In this document: positions 36,122-46,003 of the stretch, piece after piece
Layout of the letters: each line of letters begins with the position of its first letter
Position numbering within the stretch: the stretch's first letter is position 1
Source: a virus
Lineage: Duplodnaviria > Caudoviricetes
IMG/VR virus record: IMGVR_UViG_642918914_000001
Span: 32,001 to 96,000 of that record
Strand: one strand, 5' to 3'
DNA: 64,000 nt
Program-made: the position numbers and the translations under genes
Notes under the pieces: generated by a model
Database searches by the model: none
What the model was told of the DNA's origin: nothing
The model's input: the letters and a program-made list of their open reading frames with translations, nothing else

Positions 36122-36508
36122 ATGGCCTACGACATCACAGCAGCAGTCAGCCGCTTGGCTGGCACCAAGTGTGCAGTGTTCGCCGATGCACACAGCGAAG
36201 CGGGTATCGCGCTGAAGGAGATCGCCAAGATCCTGGGTCCGCACTTCCTCAAGGACGAGCGGCCCGGCGAGCAGGTCATCATCTGGCGTACTTCTCAGTT
36301 CAAGGCTGAGCTGTCGCTGAACTTGGACGACGACGTGCTGGACTTCACGTTCAAGGACAAGGGCGCCACCGCTGGCTTCTCGGCCGAAGGCTACAACGCG
36401 CGAACCCTGTTCCAGGACATTCGGCACAACATCACGCAGTACCGTCCGACCAAGAAGGTGCCGACGGACGTGCAGATGGTTCGTGACAAGTTCGAACATC
36501 TGCAATAA
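36122..36508 (+). CDS. hypothetical protein with RL leader
   Basis: MAYDITAAVSRLAGTKCAVFA. Confidence 0.75.
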   Translation: MAYDITAAVSRLAGTKCAVFADAHSEAGIALKEIAKILGPHFLKDERPGEQVIIWRTSQFKAELSLNLDDDVLDFTFKDKGATAGFSAEGYNARTLFQDIRHNITQYRPTKKVPTDVQMVRDKFEHLQ

Positions 36509-36517
36509 GGAACGATC

Positions 36518-37420
36518 ATGGATCAAGAACGACTGAAGCAACTCATCGCGCTGTTCCTCGAAGCAAACCCGGAACCCAGCGACGCGCAGTTCCACGCGTT
36601 CGCCGAGTCGCTGGGCGTGGACAAGGAAACGCTGGAAGCTGTGTGCTACGAAATGCTGGGCGCTGAAATTCAGCACGAGAAGGACGAAGGCGACGATCAG
36701 CAGTTGGAGGAGCTGGTGGAAGGCGTGTCCACGCACTTCCCTGAAGGCATCGAGGTCGAAGACTTCGGTGTGGTGCAGGCCACGGCGCGACTGCGCCTGA
36801 CCGCTGCTGAAATCGTCGAGCAAGAAGGCGGCGGACAGGGTGAAGTCGGTATCAGCGAACAGCAAGAAGTGTTGCAGGGTGAAGGCGACGCCGAAACCAC
36901 GGACACCGACAACCTGCTGTTGACGGATGGCGCTCCGGTCGGTGATACGACGGACGACGAGATGCAGGACAGCGCGTTGAACGACGGCGCAGGTCCGGGG
37001 GATACGGGTTTGGGCATCGACACGCAGAAGGCATTGCTGCTGAACGATGGGGCACCTGCTCTGCAGCTGGAAAGCGCTGCCCTGCGGCTGACCGCTGGTG
37101 AACGACCTGAAGTATTCGGGATGCCTGCTTACCATCTGTCCAAGAGCAGCGGCACGATCGACCAGCTTGGTCAGGTAGCCGACCGCAAGCCCGAGAAGAT
37201 CACTGGCATTGCAGTCAACACCCCGAAGGGCACAAAGAAGTTCTACTTCTACGGGTCTTCGTCGCTCACCAAGAAGGTCGGCGCCTTCATCAAGTTCAAG
37301 GGCATGAACGGCATCGTGGACGTGCTGGGCGTCATCGACAAGAACGGCAAGGTCAAGACCGGCCAAGAAGGTGCCACCTACGATCGTTCTGACCGGCGTC
37401 CGTACTACGTCTTTAAGTGA
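36518..37420 (+). CDS. acidic multi-segment protein with two internal RL motifs
   Basis: VQATARLRLTAAE and LESAALRLTAGE; three L[TN]DGA repeats. Confidence 0.8.
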   Translation: MDQERLKQLIALFLEANPEPSDAQFHAFAESLGVDKETLEAVCYEMLGAEIQHEKDEGDDQQLEELVEGVSTHFPEGIEVEDFGVVQATARLRLTAAEIVEQEGGGQGEVGISEQQEVLQGEGDAETTDTDNLLLTDGAPVGDTTDDEMQDSALNDGAGPGDTGLGIDTQKALLLNDGAPALQLESAALRLTAGERPEVFGMPAYHLSKSSGTIDQLGQVADRKPEKITGIAVNTPKGTKKFYFYGSSSLTKKVGAFIKFKGMNGIVDVLGVIDKNGKVKTGQEGATYDRSDRRPYYVFK

Positions 37421-37427
37421 GGGACCC

Positions 37428-37727
37428 ATGTACGACATCAAAGCCGCGGTCAATCGCCTGCAGCTTACGGCCGACGCCAAGAGCACCATCATGATGCGTG
37501 TGGAGAAAGCGCTGGAAGCTGCGGGCATCGAGTGTGAGGTTGCTGGCAACAGCATTCAGGCGCCGCAGGCTCGCGTCCCGGAAGTCCTGCGTATCCTCAA
37601 GACGCTGGGCCTGCACTACATGGGGCCCCAGACGCGAGGCAATCACACGTTCAACTACAATCGCACGAGCAAGGAGTTGGGATGGATCGACTACTGCCCG
37701 CGTCGCGAACGTATCGACTTCGACTGA
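37428..37727 (+). CDS. hypothetical protein with RL leader
   Basis: GAGGG RBS; MYDIKAAVNRLQLTADA. Confidence 0.75.
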   Translation: MYDIKAAVNRLQLTADAKSTIMMRVEKALEAAGIECEVAGNSIQAPQARVPEVLRILKTLGLHYMGPQTRGNHTFNYNRTSKELGWIDYCPRRERIDFD

Positions 37728-37734
37728 GGGTTTC

Positions 37735-38067
37735 ATGATCTCAATCAGTGCTGCGCTTTTGCGCCTCGCGTCTACCGAAGTACAGGCCGGTTCCCCGTCC
37801 GCTGCCATCAACGCAATGGAATACGTTGAGCAGACGGTTCGCAAGGCAGGGCTGGCCGTGCAAGACATCGATCACCGGGACACGACTCACATCGCAATGA
37901 CCATCAGCGGTCAGTTCGTGCCGGTGCTCAATGCGCTGACCAAAGCCGGATTCGTTCCGGACCGTACGCAGAAAAAGGGCAGCTTCTACAAGCGGCAGGG
38001 CATGGGTACGATCCGAGTGACTGCCGGTGTCTCGTTCCGTGAAACCATCGTCATCTGTCTGGGTTGA
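37735..38067 (+). CDS. hypothetical protein with RL leader
   Basis: GAGGG RBS; MISISAALLRLASTEVQAG. Confidence 0.75.
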   Translation: MISISAALLRLASTEVQAGSPSAAINAMEYVEQTVRKAGLAVQDIDHRDTTHIAMTISGQFVPVLNALTKAGFVPDRTQKKGSFYKRQGMGTIRVTAGVSFRETIVICLG

Positions 38068-38070
38068 CCT

Positions 38071-38778
38071 ATGAACAGTCCCTTCCTCTTCTCGCTGGGG
38101 GTGGCGGTTGCGGATCAGGCACGAGCTCCGCAGCCCACAAGCATTCCCCCAGCGCTCAATCCGTCGAACATCGATCTGTGGTCTGAAGCGGTGAATGGCG
38201 TGCGTGTGAAAGACGTGGTCCAGCATTGGGCACGTGCGCTCAATCGCTACCTGAACCTGTGCACTCAGAACGATCGCTTTCCGTTCCAGCAACTGCACAC
38301 GTCACCCAACGATCAGATCGTCGATATCCTCAAGGATGTGCGCCGTACGTTCGTCAAGTACGTGGACCGTCATCAACTGTATCAGAAGATGAAGATCCGC
38401 ACGGTCGATCGTCAGGTGCGCATGACCGAGACCGGGTTCGTAATCAGCGTGGTGGCGCATGGTCGCATCGAAGACCCGACGTTTCCGCAGATGCTCCTGG
38501 GTTTGAAGCCGACTGGTGATCAGTTCCCATTCGTGCAGCCGCGTCCTCGTTACGAAAAGCAACTCAACCAGTGGCTGAAGATGTGGGCCACCAATCCGGC
38601 GTACGACAATCCAGAGCGTTGGGAGCTGGGATTCGAAGTGAGCGTGCCCATGTTCCCGGATGTTCCGGGCAACGGCATTCCCACCAAGGACCAACTCCAG
38701 TACTTCATCCATCACATCCTGTGGTTGCCTGTCATGAAGGCGACCCGGCCCCGTGGCATCATGCATCGCTTGGTGTGA
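38071..38778 (+). CDS. hypothetical protein
   Basis: 235-aa ORF with typical codon bias. Confidence 0.75.
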   Translation: MNSPFLFSLGVAVADQARAPQPTSIPPALNPSNIDLWSEAVNGVRVKDVVQHWARALNRYLNLCTQNDRFPFQQLHTSPNDQIVDILKDVRRTFVKYVDRHQLYQKMKIRTVDRQVRMTETGFVISVVAHGRIEDPTFPQMLLGLKPTGDQFPFVQPRPRYEKQLNQWLKMWATNPAYDNPERWELGFEVSVPMFPDVPGNGIPTKDQLQYFIHHILWLPVMKATRPRGIMHRLV

Positions 38779-38783
38779 CGGCG

Positions 38784-38890
38784 GTAAATAGGGAGGCTGC
38801 CCCGGCAATTACTGTCGCGGCAGCCTTCTTGCATTTTGGACGCACACATCACAATTTGATTGCAAATTTCCCCGATTTGTGGTATCAAAT
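38784..38890 (+). promoter_or_regulatory. tandem GTAAATAG and CAATTTGAT motifs, each followed by a hairpin
   Basis: GTAAATAG 38784; GAGGCTGCC/GGCAGCCTT stem; CAATTTGATTG 38852 with ATTTGAT/ATCAAAT stem. Confidence 0.55.
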
Positions 38891-38924
38891 CGTAGTAGTC
38901 CAAAAACCGATAATGGAGCCCTAG

Positions 38925-41900
38925 ATGGCGAATCCAACAATGGTGCGCGCTGACGCAACACGTCTGCGTCCGACGACCAACCTCATCATTCCACCGGGAC
39001 TCACTCTCCCGCGTAAGGAACTGAAGCAGAACTTCATGTACGTGTACACCGGCGCCTTCACGGGCACGGGCAGCTCGTTCATGACGCGTTTGTGGGCTTC
39101 CTCTTTCTTCCCGAGCCTCACCAACAGTCCGAAGTTTGGCAAGACTCGTCCTCGCGCGGTTGCCGATGGGCTGGCCAAAGAACTGCCGATGAACTTCCTG
39201 CGGCTGAAGAAGGTGGACACGCCGAACGATCCGCACTTCGTGGCCAGCGTTCCGCTGTATCAGTTCGCGTCGCATAGCAGCGAACGCACGCTGCGCTTCC
39301 TCATGGACCTGTTCATGGGCCAGCGCTGGTCCAAGACCTTGATCCAGCACACCGCCGAGCAACTGGATGAGGTGAAGGAGTGGAACCAGCAAGCGGCAGA
39401 AGCGCCGAAGGACCAACTGAGCGAGCGCGTGCTGCCCGCATCCCACGTCATCAACAACATGCGGCTGGACGCTATGGGCAGCGAAGCGCTGCGTCAGTGT
39501 CTGCTGCAAGTGCGGATCCAGTCCAAGGGTCTGTACAACGTGATCTTTGCTGACTTCAAGATCCGCAAGGAAGAAGCTCAGCAGCTGACGACCACGGAAT
39601 GGTCGATGCTGCGGTCTATCGACCTGTATCCGTTGCTCCTGCACTGGGTGCGTACCACCTTCGGTGATCGTGGACAGGCGCCGGTCGCGAGCTTCCCGGT
39701 CTCGAAGATCGCGTTCAGCCTTCCGCCGTCGCATGTGGAAAGCGCTCGCGTCAACGACCTCGGCATTTCCGTGGGTCCTGACGGTGCTCCGTACTTCCTA
39801 CCCCGGTCAGTGGACAAGAACCAGACCATCCTGTACGAAGATCGTTACACGGGAGCGGGCACTCGCAACGACGGCAGCTTTGCGCTATTGGATACAGAGC
39901 AGGGCGCCGAAGCGATGAGCTCGGGCCACGAGCCGAAGACCAAGCTGCCGCACAACATGGTGGTAGCCGTCGACTGGCTGAACAACAAGTACAGCTACAC
40001 GAACACCGAAGGCATGCTGTCGGTGATGGACCTCACGCGATTCCAGCCGGCGAACGTGGCGCACATCCACGAGCTGCTGCATTCGCGATCCATCAACGAG
40101 AAGCACGTGTCGTGGTTTGTGTCGCTGGGCGAAGCCGCAGGCGTGCCGCTTACCGCCTTCGAGACGCTGCCGTCGGATTTGGAGGACGTGCAATCCGAGA
40201 CGATGAAGGAAACGCTGAGCCGCACCGCAGGTCCTCTGCTGTGGTTCAAGACCGCTCGTCAGTCGTATGCGCAGGACATCAACGATCTGGTGCCCTTCGC
40301 GTCGATCTCGGTGAACGGCTATAGCGCGATGCGTCCGCTGGCACGCTACTTCAAGCTGATCGAAGCGGCTGTGCGCAACAACATCGAACCCGTCTACCTG
40401 AAGTACAGTGTGATGACGGTGGCCGAGATGTTCTCGTGGCTGGTGCTCATCACGCACTACACAGACGATCTGCCGCGACTCAAGGCTGACGACGCAGCGT
40501 ATCGCCATGCCGCGCTCAATCAGCGCGTGGACCCGGACTACGAAGTTCCGAGCATCCCGCTGATGGCCCCAAACATGGGCTTCCTGCCGCACCAGAAGAA
40601 GGTGCGCAACCTGATGAAGGACAGCCCGGACTTCGCAATCATGCCGGTGCAGACGGGCGGCGGCAAGTCCATCCTTCTGCTGACCGACCTGCTGCTGGAG
40701 TTCAAGGCCAATCGCAACGAACCATATCTGGTGTTGTGTCCGTCGCACTTGGTGCCCAACTACGTGAAGGAAGCAGTGTACTTCACGGGCGGCAAGCTCA
40801 ACGTGATCGCCATCACCAATCCGGCCATCCGCCAGAACGGCTGGAAGCGGTTGCAGGCCATCATGATGGCGGCACCTCGCAACACGGTCGTGGTTGTGGC
40901 GCTGGACACGTTGAAGTTCCGTCCGCGTACTGTGTCGTACGGCACGACTCCGGTCGACGTGTTCCCGGTCATCGACTTCCTGCGTCAGTTCAAGTTCGGC
41001 TACGTGGCAATCGACGAGGCACACCGCATCAAGGGAGCGACTGCTCGCAACAAGTCAGTGATGGCACTGGTCGCTGACATTCCGAAGAAGCGTCTGGCGT
41101 CGGGCACCTTCGTGCACGATTCGCCGTCGGACTTGGCGATGACCATCGCTGCGTTGGATCCCACGCTGTTTGGTACGCGCGAGGAATTCAACGACAAGTA
41201 CGGGTTGGAGGTGCGTGGAGGCCGCGTTATCAAGTGGAAGCCCAACGCACAGCGCGAGATCATGCAGAAGATCCGCAGCCGCGTGGTGATCGCCGGTGCA
41301 ATGCGCAAGGAATGGGCTGCGTTCCTGCCCAAGAAGGTGGAATGGGTTGGTGGTGTCAACTTGACTCCGGCGCAGCAAGCAGTGTACGAAGATCTGTTGA
41401 ACAAGGTCATCGAGCAGATCGAGCAGGACGCCAAGACCAACAAGGCGTTGCAGGACTTCGTGAAGGGACGCCACGCCAAGGACAACGTCCGTGACGATGA
41501 AGCGGACGTGGAAGCCGAGGACGAAGTCGAAGACGAACGCGACGATGTGGATGAGGACGCTGGTGAAGATCTCAGCGCCATGCTCAACCCGTATCTCGCA
41601 CGCCTCGAACAGTTCTTGGTGGCACCGGGCAGCGATCCTTTGGGTGCAGCACTGCTCAAGGGTGAAGACCTGCTGAGCCCGAAGGTTGCGCTCATCTACA
41701 AGCGAATCCGCCTACACCTTGAGGGCGGTGAAGCTGATGGCAAACCATACGGTCCGTTCCCAGGCAAGGTCATCGTGTTCTGCAATCAGGTGGCCGCAGC
41801 CGAAGAGATCTTCAACAGCGCACCGCCTGATCTGAAGAAGAGTGGTCTGCTGTACAAGGCCAGCGACAAGGTGGAAATCCTGTCGCAGCTGGAGAACAAC

Positions 41901-43592
41901 CCCAACAAGAAGTGGGTGGTGGGTGTTGGTCAGTCGATGGAAGAAGGGCTGAACCTCCAGTTCGCGTCGCGTATCATCCGTGCGTCTACGGTGTGGAACC
42001 CCGGCAACCTCGAACAGTCCAATGCTCGTATCGAGCGTCCGGAGTTCAAGAAGGCCGAGACCCGTCCACAGATCTTCTTCGACACGATCGTTGCCAACCG
42101 TACGTTCGACATCTCGAAGACGGCGCGTCTCATCGCGAAGGTGATCGCCGCTGCCAAGTTCGAGAACGCGGACAGCCATCTGTACGACGAGATTCCGGAT
42201 GTGCCGGTCATTCCGATGACGCTGGACACGATCCGTACGATGAACACGTGGGAACGTGTCAGCGATACGAATCCGGGCTTGGTCGAGTACATGAAGGCGT
42301 TGCAGGTGTACCAGGAGGTTCGCAACAAGGACTACGATCAGTACAAGGAGGACTACATCAAGAAGTACGGTGAAGGTCCTGTCATGTCGCCGATCGAAGT
42401 CGCGCCGACGCCGCCGGATTCCAAGCTGCTCAAGTACACTCCGTACGTTCCAGGTCTCGGCCTGTACAACGAGAAGGAGTTGGGCCTCGTACGTCTGGAC
42501 GAAGCCATGAACGTGGTGACCACGGACGAAGAGGAGGAAGACGACGAGAAGGAAGTGCCGGAAGGGTATGTGGATCCGGCCATCGTCCAGCGCGTCAACG
42601 AGCTGAACGGCAGTCTTGCGCATACCGAATGGGGCGACGGCTACATCCGTGGTCTGCGTCCGGGTGCCAAGATGGTGACGGTAGAACTGCTGAACGGCTA
42701 TCGTGTTCGCGTGCAGCGGTCGCAGGTGTTCGTTGTGGGCCGCGCACTGACCTCGAACAAGGACATCCGCAACCAGATCCTGAAGGCGATCGGCGATCTT
42801 CCGGTGAGCACGCCAGCCGAAGTGCCAGCAGATCGCTGGATTCCGAGTACCAAAGCACTCGAGATCCAGAAGAAGCAGGCAGACAAGCTGCGTCAGAAGG
42901 AAGAGAAGCAAGAGCAGAAGGAGAAGGAATCGGCGCTCAACATCGAGCTCACCCTGTTCGTTGCCAACGGCTTCTTGGGCATCGACTATCTGCTGGACGA
43001 CGAGAACCACATGGCTACTCGCGTGTTGCAGGCAGCAGGCTTCCGTACGACCCCGGAGTACTACTATTCCAAGGTCGTGAACGCCAAGGCGCTCGAGAAT
43101 CAGTTCGCACTGTGGGCAGAGAAGGGTCTGCAGATCGACCCAATCGTGCTGAAGCAAGGTGTGGGCGACGCGTTCAACGAGATGCTGCGTCTGCTGAAGG
43201 CGGGCTTGGTGCGCAATCACACCGAGACCTACAAGGCAACGCGTCAAGCGCAGGTCGTCAACTTCTACCGGCTGGAACATCGTCCGAGCAACAAGAAGGA
43301 ACTGTTCAAGCCCTACCCGATCATTCAGGATGGTGTGGCGTACATCGCACTCCCTGCAACTGGTCAGGCAGCGACGCGACTGGCAATGCAGTACAAGCGT
43401 CCGTCGTATAAGTGGATCAAGAGCGAACCGACGCTGTCCTACTTCGGTTCCTTCCAACAGGTGGTGAGCATGCTGCAGAAGCTGGAAGCGCAGGGTGTGC
43501 ACATTTCCAACAAGAAGGAGCTGAACAAGGAACTGAGCCGCTTGAAGTTGATGAAAGTGCGCAAGGTCGAGGACGATAAGGCGCTTGTCTAA
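38925..43592 (+). CDS. large SNF2-family (SF2) helicase/ATPase, possibly virion-packaged
   Basis: VQTGGGKS, YLVLCP, IDEAH, ASGT, EEGLNLQ, WNPG..EQSNARIER. Confidence 0.85.
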   Translation: MANPTMVRADATRLRPTTNLIIPPGLTLPRKELKQNFMYVYTGAFTGTGSSFMTRLWASSFFPSLTNSPKFGKTRPRAVADGLAKELPMNFLRLKKVDTPNDPHFVASVPLYQFASHSSERTLRFLMDLFMGQRWSKTLIQHTAEQLDEVKEWNQQAAEAPKDQLSERVLPASHVINNMRLDAMGSEALRQCLLQVRIQSKGLYNVIFADFKIRKEEAQQLTTTEWSMLRSIDLYPLLLHWVRTTFGDRGQAPVASFPVSKIAFSLPPSHVESARVNDLGISVGPDGAPYFLPRSVDKNQTILYEDRYTGAGTRNDGSFALLDTEQGAEAMSSGHEPKTKLPHNMVVAVDWLNNKYSYTNTEGMLSVMDLTRFQPANVAHIHELLHSRSINEKHVSWFVSLGEAAGVPLTAFETLPSDLEDVQSETMKETLSRTAGPLLWFKTARQSYAQDINDLVPFASISVNGYSAMRPLARYFKLIEAAVRNNIEPVYLKYSVMTVAEMFSWLVLITHYTDDLPRLKADDAAYRHAALNQRVDPDYEVPSIPLMAPNMGFLPHQKKVRNLMKDSPDFAIMPVQTGGGKSILLLTDLLLEFKANRNEPYLVLCPSHLVPNYVKEAVYFTGGKLNVIAITNPAIRQNGWKRLQAIMMAAPRNTVVVVALDTLKFRPRTVSYGTTPVDVFPVIDFLRQFKFGYVAIDEAHRIKGATARNKSVMALVADIPKKRLASGTFVHDSPSDLAMTIAALDPTLFGTREEFNDKYGLEVRGGRVIKWKPNAQREIMQKIRSRVVIAGAMRKEWAAFLPKKVEWVGGVNLTPAQQAVYEDLLNKVIEQIEQDAKTNKALQDFVKGRHAKDNVRDDEADVEAEDEVEDERDDVDEDAGEDLSAMLNPYLARLEQFLVAPGSDPLGAALLKGEDLLSPKVALIYKRIRLHLEGGEADGKPYGPFPGKVIVFCNQVAAAEEIFNSAPPDLKKSGLLYKASDKVEILSQLENNPNKKWVVGVGQSMEEGLNLQFASRIIRASTVWNPGNLEQSNARIERPEFKKAETRPQIFFDTIVANRTFDISKTARLIAKVIAAAKFENADSHLYDEIPDVPVIPMTLDTIRTMNTWERVSDTNPGLVEYMKALQVYQEVRNKDYDQYKEDYIKKYGEGPVMSPIEVAPTPPDSKLLKYTPYVPGLGLYNEKELGLVRLDEAMNVVTTDEEEEDDEKEVPEGYVDPAIVQRVNELNGSLAHTEWGDGYIRGLRPGAKMVTVELLNGYRVRVQRSQVFVVGRALTSNKDIRNQILKAIGDLPVSTPAEVPADRWIPSTKALEIQKKQADKLRQKEEKQEQKEKESALNIELTLFVANGFLGIDYLLDDENHMATRVLQAAGFRTTPEYYYSKVVNAKALENQFALWAEKGLQIDPIVLKQGVGDAFNEMLRLLKAGLVRNHTETYKATRQAQVVNFYRLEHRPSNKKELFKPYPIIQDGVAYIALPATGQAATRLAMQYKRPSYKWIKSEPTLSYFGSFQQVVSMLQKLEAQGVHISNKKELNKELSRLKLMKVRKVEDDKALV

Positions 43593-43595
43593 GTC

Positions 43596-43608
43596 TGCAA
43601 TTTGATGG
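43596..43608 (+). promoter_or_regulatory. putative late promoter TGCAATTTGATGG
   Basis: Recurrent motif. Confidence 0.65.
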
Positions 43609-43663
43609 CGTTGGGCGGTTGCTTCCGCCCTCGCCCATCTACGTACCACTCAAGAGGATCAAC

Positions 43664-44143
43664 ATGAGCTTCGATTTCTCCAAGATCAAAGAAGCGGCTC
43701 GCGCCGCAGGCTACCTGCTGTCCGAAGGCGAGCACATCCTCGCGGAAGACTTCCAACATCTCGAGCACTGGGCCTTCTCGCACTTCGGTCTGAGCCGTCA
43801 AGACCTGCATTACGGTCTGGCGTATCCGGGCCTGCTGCCGAAGAACTTCCCGGGCCAGCCGGGTGCAGAACAAGCTCCCGCACCGGTTGCTGCTCCAATC
43901 CCGGAACCGACCAACGTGGAAGCTCCGGCTGCTGAACAAGCGCCGGACACACCGCAGGCACCGGAAGCGACGCCGGAACCGGCTGCTGAACAGGCACCGA
44001 CCCCGGAAGCTGCCCCGCAAGAACCGGCTGCTGAACAGCCTCCGGTCCAGGAACAGGCGCCGCAAGAACAACCGGCTGCTGAACAGCCTGCCGCTGAGCA
44101 AGCTCCGGCTGCTGAGCAACCGGCACAAGACGCTGCTCAATAA
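43664..44143 (+). CDS. protein with Pro/Ala/Glu/Gln repeat tail
   Basis: GAGGA RBS; repeated PAAEQ units. Confidence 0.8.
   Translation: MSFDFSKIKEAARAAGYLLSEGEHILAEDFQHLEHWAFSHFGLSRQDLHYGLAYPGLLPKNFPGQPGAEQAPAPVAAPIPEPTNVEAPAAEQAPDTPQAPEATPEPAAEQAPTPEAAPQEPAAEQPPVQEQAPQEQPAAEQPAAEQAPAAEQPAQDAAQ
43860..44140 (+). repeat. degenerate tandem coding repeat CCGGCTGCTGA(A/G)CA (PAAEQ)
   Basis: At least five near-identical copies (43925, 43979, 44024, 44072, 44105). Confidence 0.75.
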
Positions 44144-44158
44144 TCTGGAGGCTAAGTC

Positions 44159-44557
44159 ATGGGCACCAAAGCTCTTGGGAACCGTGGCTCCTACTTCATG
44201 TCCGGCGCTGATGGTATCGGGGGCGTCGCTGTCCCCGACCCATCCGTCGGCTGGACGGCTGTCGTTAGCGAAGGCAGCGACGTCGTCCATCTCGGAGCCT
44301 CTGATTGTGCAGCGCCGAACGGTGGCGTTCGTGTTGGCTGGTCGTTCCAGGCGTCGGCTGGCGTGCAGATCGACATCTCGTGTGGTCCGCGTGCTAAGGC
44401 CGCTTCCAACGACCCCAATCAGAATCAGGGAGTTGTGTGGGACACGACCACGGTGGGCGCGCTGTCGGCCAATACCATCAAGACCATCACTTCCCCGTTC
44501 ACTGCAATCCGTATCACCTTTACCGGAGCAGCGGAAGTGTACATCTGCTCTCGCTAA
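44159..44557 (+). CDS. putative virion protein
   Basis: GGAGG RBS; beta-rich; in the head module. Confidence 0.65.
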   Translation: MGTKALGNRGSYFMSGADGIGGVAVPDPSVGWTAVVSEGSDVVHLGASDCAAPNGGVRVGWSFQASAGVQIDISCGPRAKAASNDPNQNQGVVWDTTTVGALSANTIKTITSPFTAIRITFTGAAEVYICSR

Positions 44558-44566
44558 GGAGGCGCT

Positions 44567-45367
44567 ATGGCAAAAGTGCCTCAAGCATTCACGCAGGCGA
44601 AGCGTGCGCAAGTGCGTAAGCCTCAGGTCGCATCCGAAACCTCGATGGAGGATGCAATCCTGACGCGTCAGGTCAACACCTATCAGCAATCCATCGAGAC
44701 GAAGGACGCGGAGCACGATCAGACGCTGCTGCACGGGTTGGATTTCACGACATGGTTGCCGTTCGCGGCTAAGACCTATCGTATCAGCCCGCGCATCGAG
44801 GACTACATCCTCGTCACGACCGTGATCTGTCCGTCGGAAATCCCGAACCGCAACGGCATCGCGTTCCCGACCTCGGAGCTGGTGACATTCCAGCCACCTC
44901 CGATGAACCGGATGGTGTACAAGGCGTGGGCTGGATGTCCGGTGCATCTGGAACACGATAACGAAGTTCACGAACGAGCCTACGGCGTGATCCTCGACAC
45001 GTCGTTCCACAAGGTGGAAGGCTACGGTGGCGGCAGCATCTGGAAGGTCATGGGGCTTCTGGCAATCGACAAGCAGAAGAATCCGGACATCGCCCAGGAA
45101 GTGCTGCAAGGGTCGATCGACACGTACTCCATGGGTGCGCTGGTTGACTACTTCACGTGCGGATACTGCGGAGCGGAGAACACTGGTCGCAATCGCTGTT
45201 CGCACATCACGTCTATCAAGGACGTGAACTTCAACCTGCACAAGGACTGGAATGGGAAGTCGCATCTCTCGTTCCTCAATGCGCATGGCATTCAACCGAT
45301 CGAGTGCTCCATCGTCCGTGATCCGGCGTGGGCTCCTGCACTCAGCGACGCCGTGAGGGAGTGGTGA
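44567..45367 (+). CDS. putative prohead (capsid maturation) protease
   Basis: VHLEH, YSMGA, ECSIVRDPA resemble HK97/herpes-fold protease motifs; lies upstream of scaffold and capsid genes. Confidence 0.7.
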   Translation: MAKVPQAFTQAKRAQVRKPQVASETSMEDAILTRQVNTYQQSIETKDAEHDQTLLHGLDFTTWLPFAAKTYRISPRIEDYILVTTVICPSEIPNRNGIAFPTSELVTFQPPPMNRMVYKAWAGCPVHLEHDNEVHERAYGVILDTSFHKVEGYGGGSIWKVMGLLAIDKQKNPDIAQEVLQGSIDTYSMGALVDYFTCGYCGAENTGRNRCSHITSIKDVNFNLHKDWNGKSHLSFLNAHGIQPIECSIVRDPAWAPALSDAVREW

Positions 45368-45828
45368 TGTACGAGATCAAAGCGGCGGTTGACCGCCTGA
45401 AAGCAACGGAGGTCGTCGCTGGATACAGTGGCACGAAAGTCGGTGACCTCAACAAATATGTCCGCGCCCTGAACCCGAAAGTCAAACCCATTGGCAACTC
45501 GGGTATGGGCGGCGGTGGTCGTGCTGGTGAAGCTGCGTGCTTGGTATCGGCCGAAGACGCATTGGATTTGGTGAACGCCCTGATCAAAGACGGATGGACA
45601 GGACGCCGTACTTCGAAGAGGGCCGGTCCTCCAGGACGAGAAGCTACGAAGTACGAGTACATGATCTACCGTCCGAAGGACGATCTTCCGGGTCTTCCGT
45701 ACATCACCGTGTCGAAGCCCGCGTCCGATGGCAAATGTCGTATCCGCTTGAGCCAGGAAACTGCTGCTGCAATTCGTTCGCGTCGCAACAGCAAGTTCAT
45801 GTTCAATCCGGTCAAGCGTTACAAGTAA
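45367..45828 (+). CDS. basic hypothetical protein with RL leader
   Basis: MYEIKAAVDRLKATEVVAG; TGATG coupling to the protease gene. Confidence 0.75.
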   Translation: MYEIKAAVDRLKATEVVAGYSGTKVGDLNKYVRALNPKVKPIGNSGMGGGGRAGEAACLVSAEDALDLVNALIKDGWTGRRTSKRAGPPGREATKYEYMIYRPKDDLPGLPYITVSKPASDGKCRIRLSQETAAAIRSRRNSKFMFNPVKRYK

Positions 45829-45865
45829 TGAGTTCCTTGTCAGCTGACGAACAGCTGATCTTCAG

Positions 45866-45901
45866 ACCCCGCCCTGCGCAAGCTCGGCGGGGTTTCTTTT
45901 T
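45866..45901 (+). terminator. intrinsic terminator
   Basis: ACCCCGCC/GGCGGGGT + TTCTTTTT. Confidence 0.75.
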
Positions 45902-45919
45902 GACTAAAATCCCCCGTTC

Positions 45920-45930
45920 TGCAATTTGAC
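45920..45930 (+). promoter_or_regulatory. putative late promoter TGCAATTTGAC
   Basis: Recurrent motif variant. Confidence 0.55.
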
Positions 45931-46003
45931 AATAGCGACAGGTTCAGAATGCGCGCGCAACCTAAATCTGCCTCGTTCCATCAATCTTCCTAGAGAGGAC
46001 TCT

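Noticed and set aside
38925-43592. Intein or intron explaining the size of the SNF2 gene (also checked dnaB, ligA, rtcB)
   Set aside because: No C/S...HN-C/S/T intein boundaries or LAGLIDADG motifs noticed, and helicase motif spacing looks normal.
43860-44140. Repeat array as CRISPR-like or DGR element
   Set aside because: Repeats are in-frame, degenerate and coding, with no unique fixed-length spacers; no cas or reverse transcriptase gene in the window.
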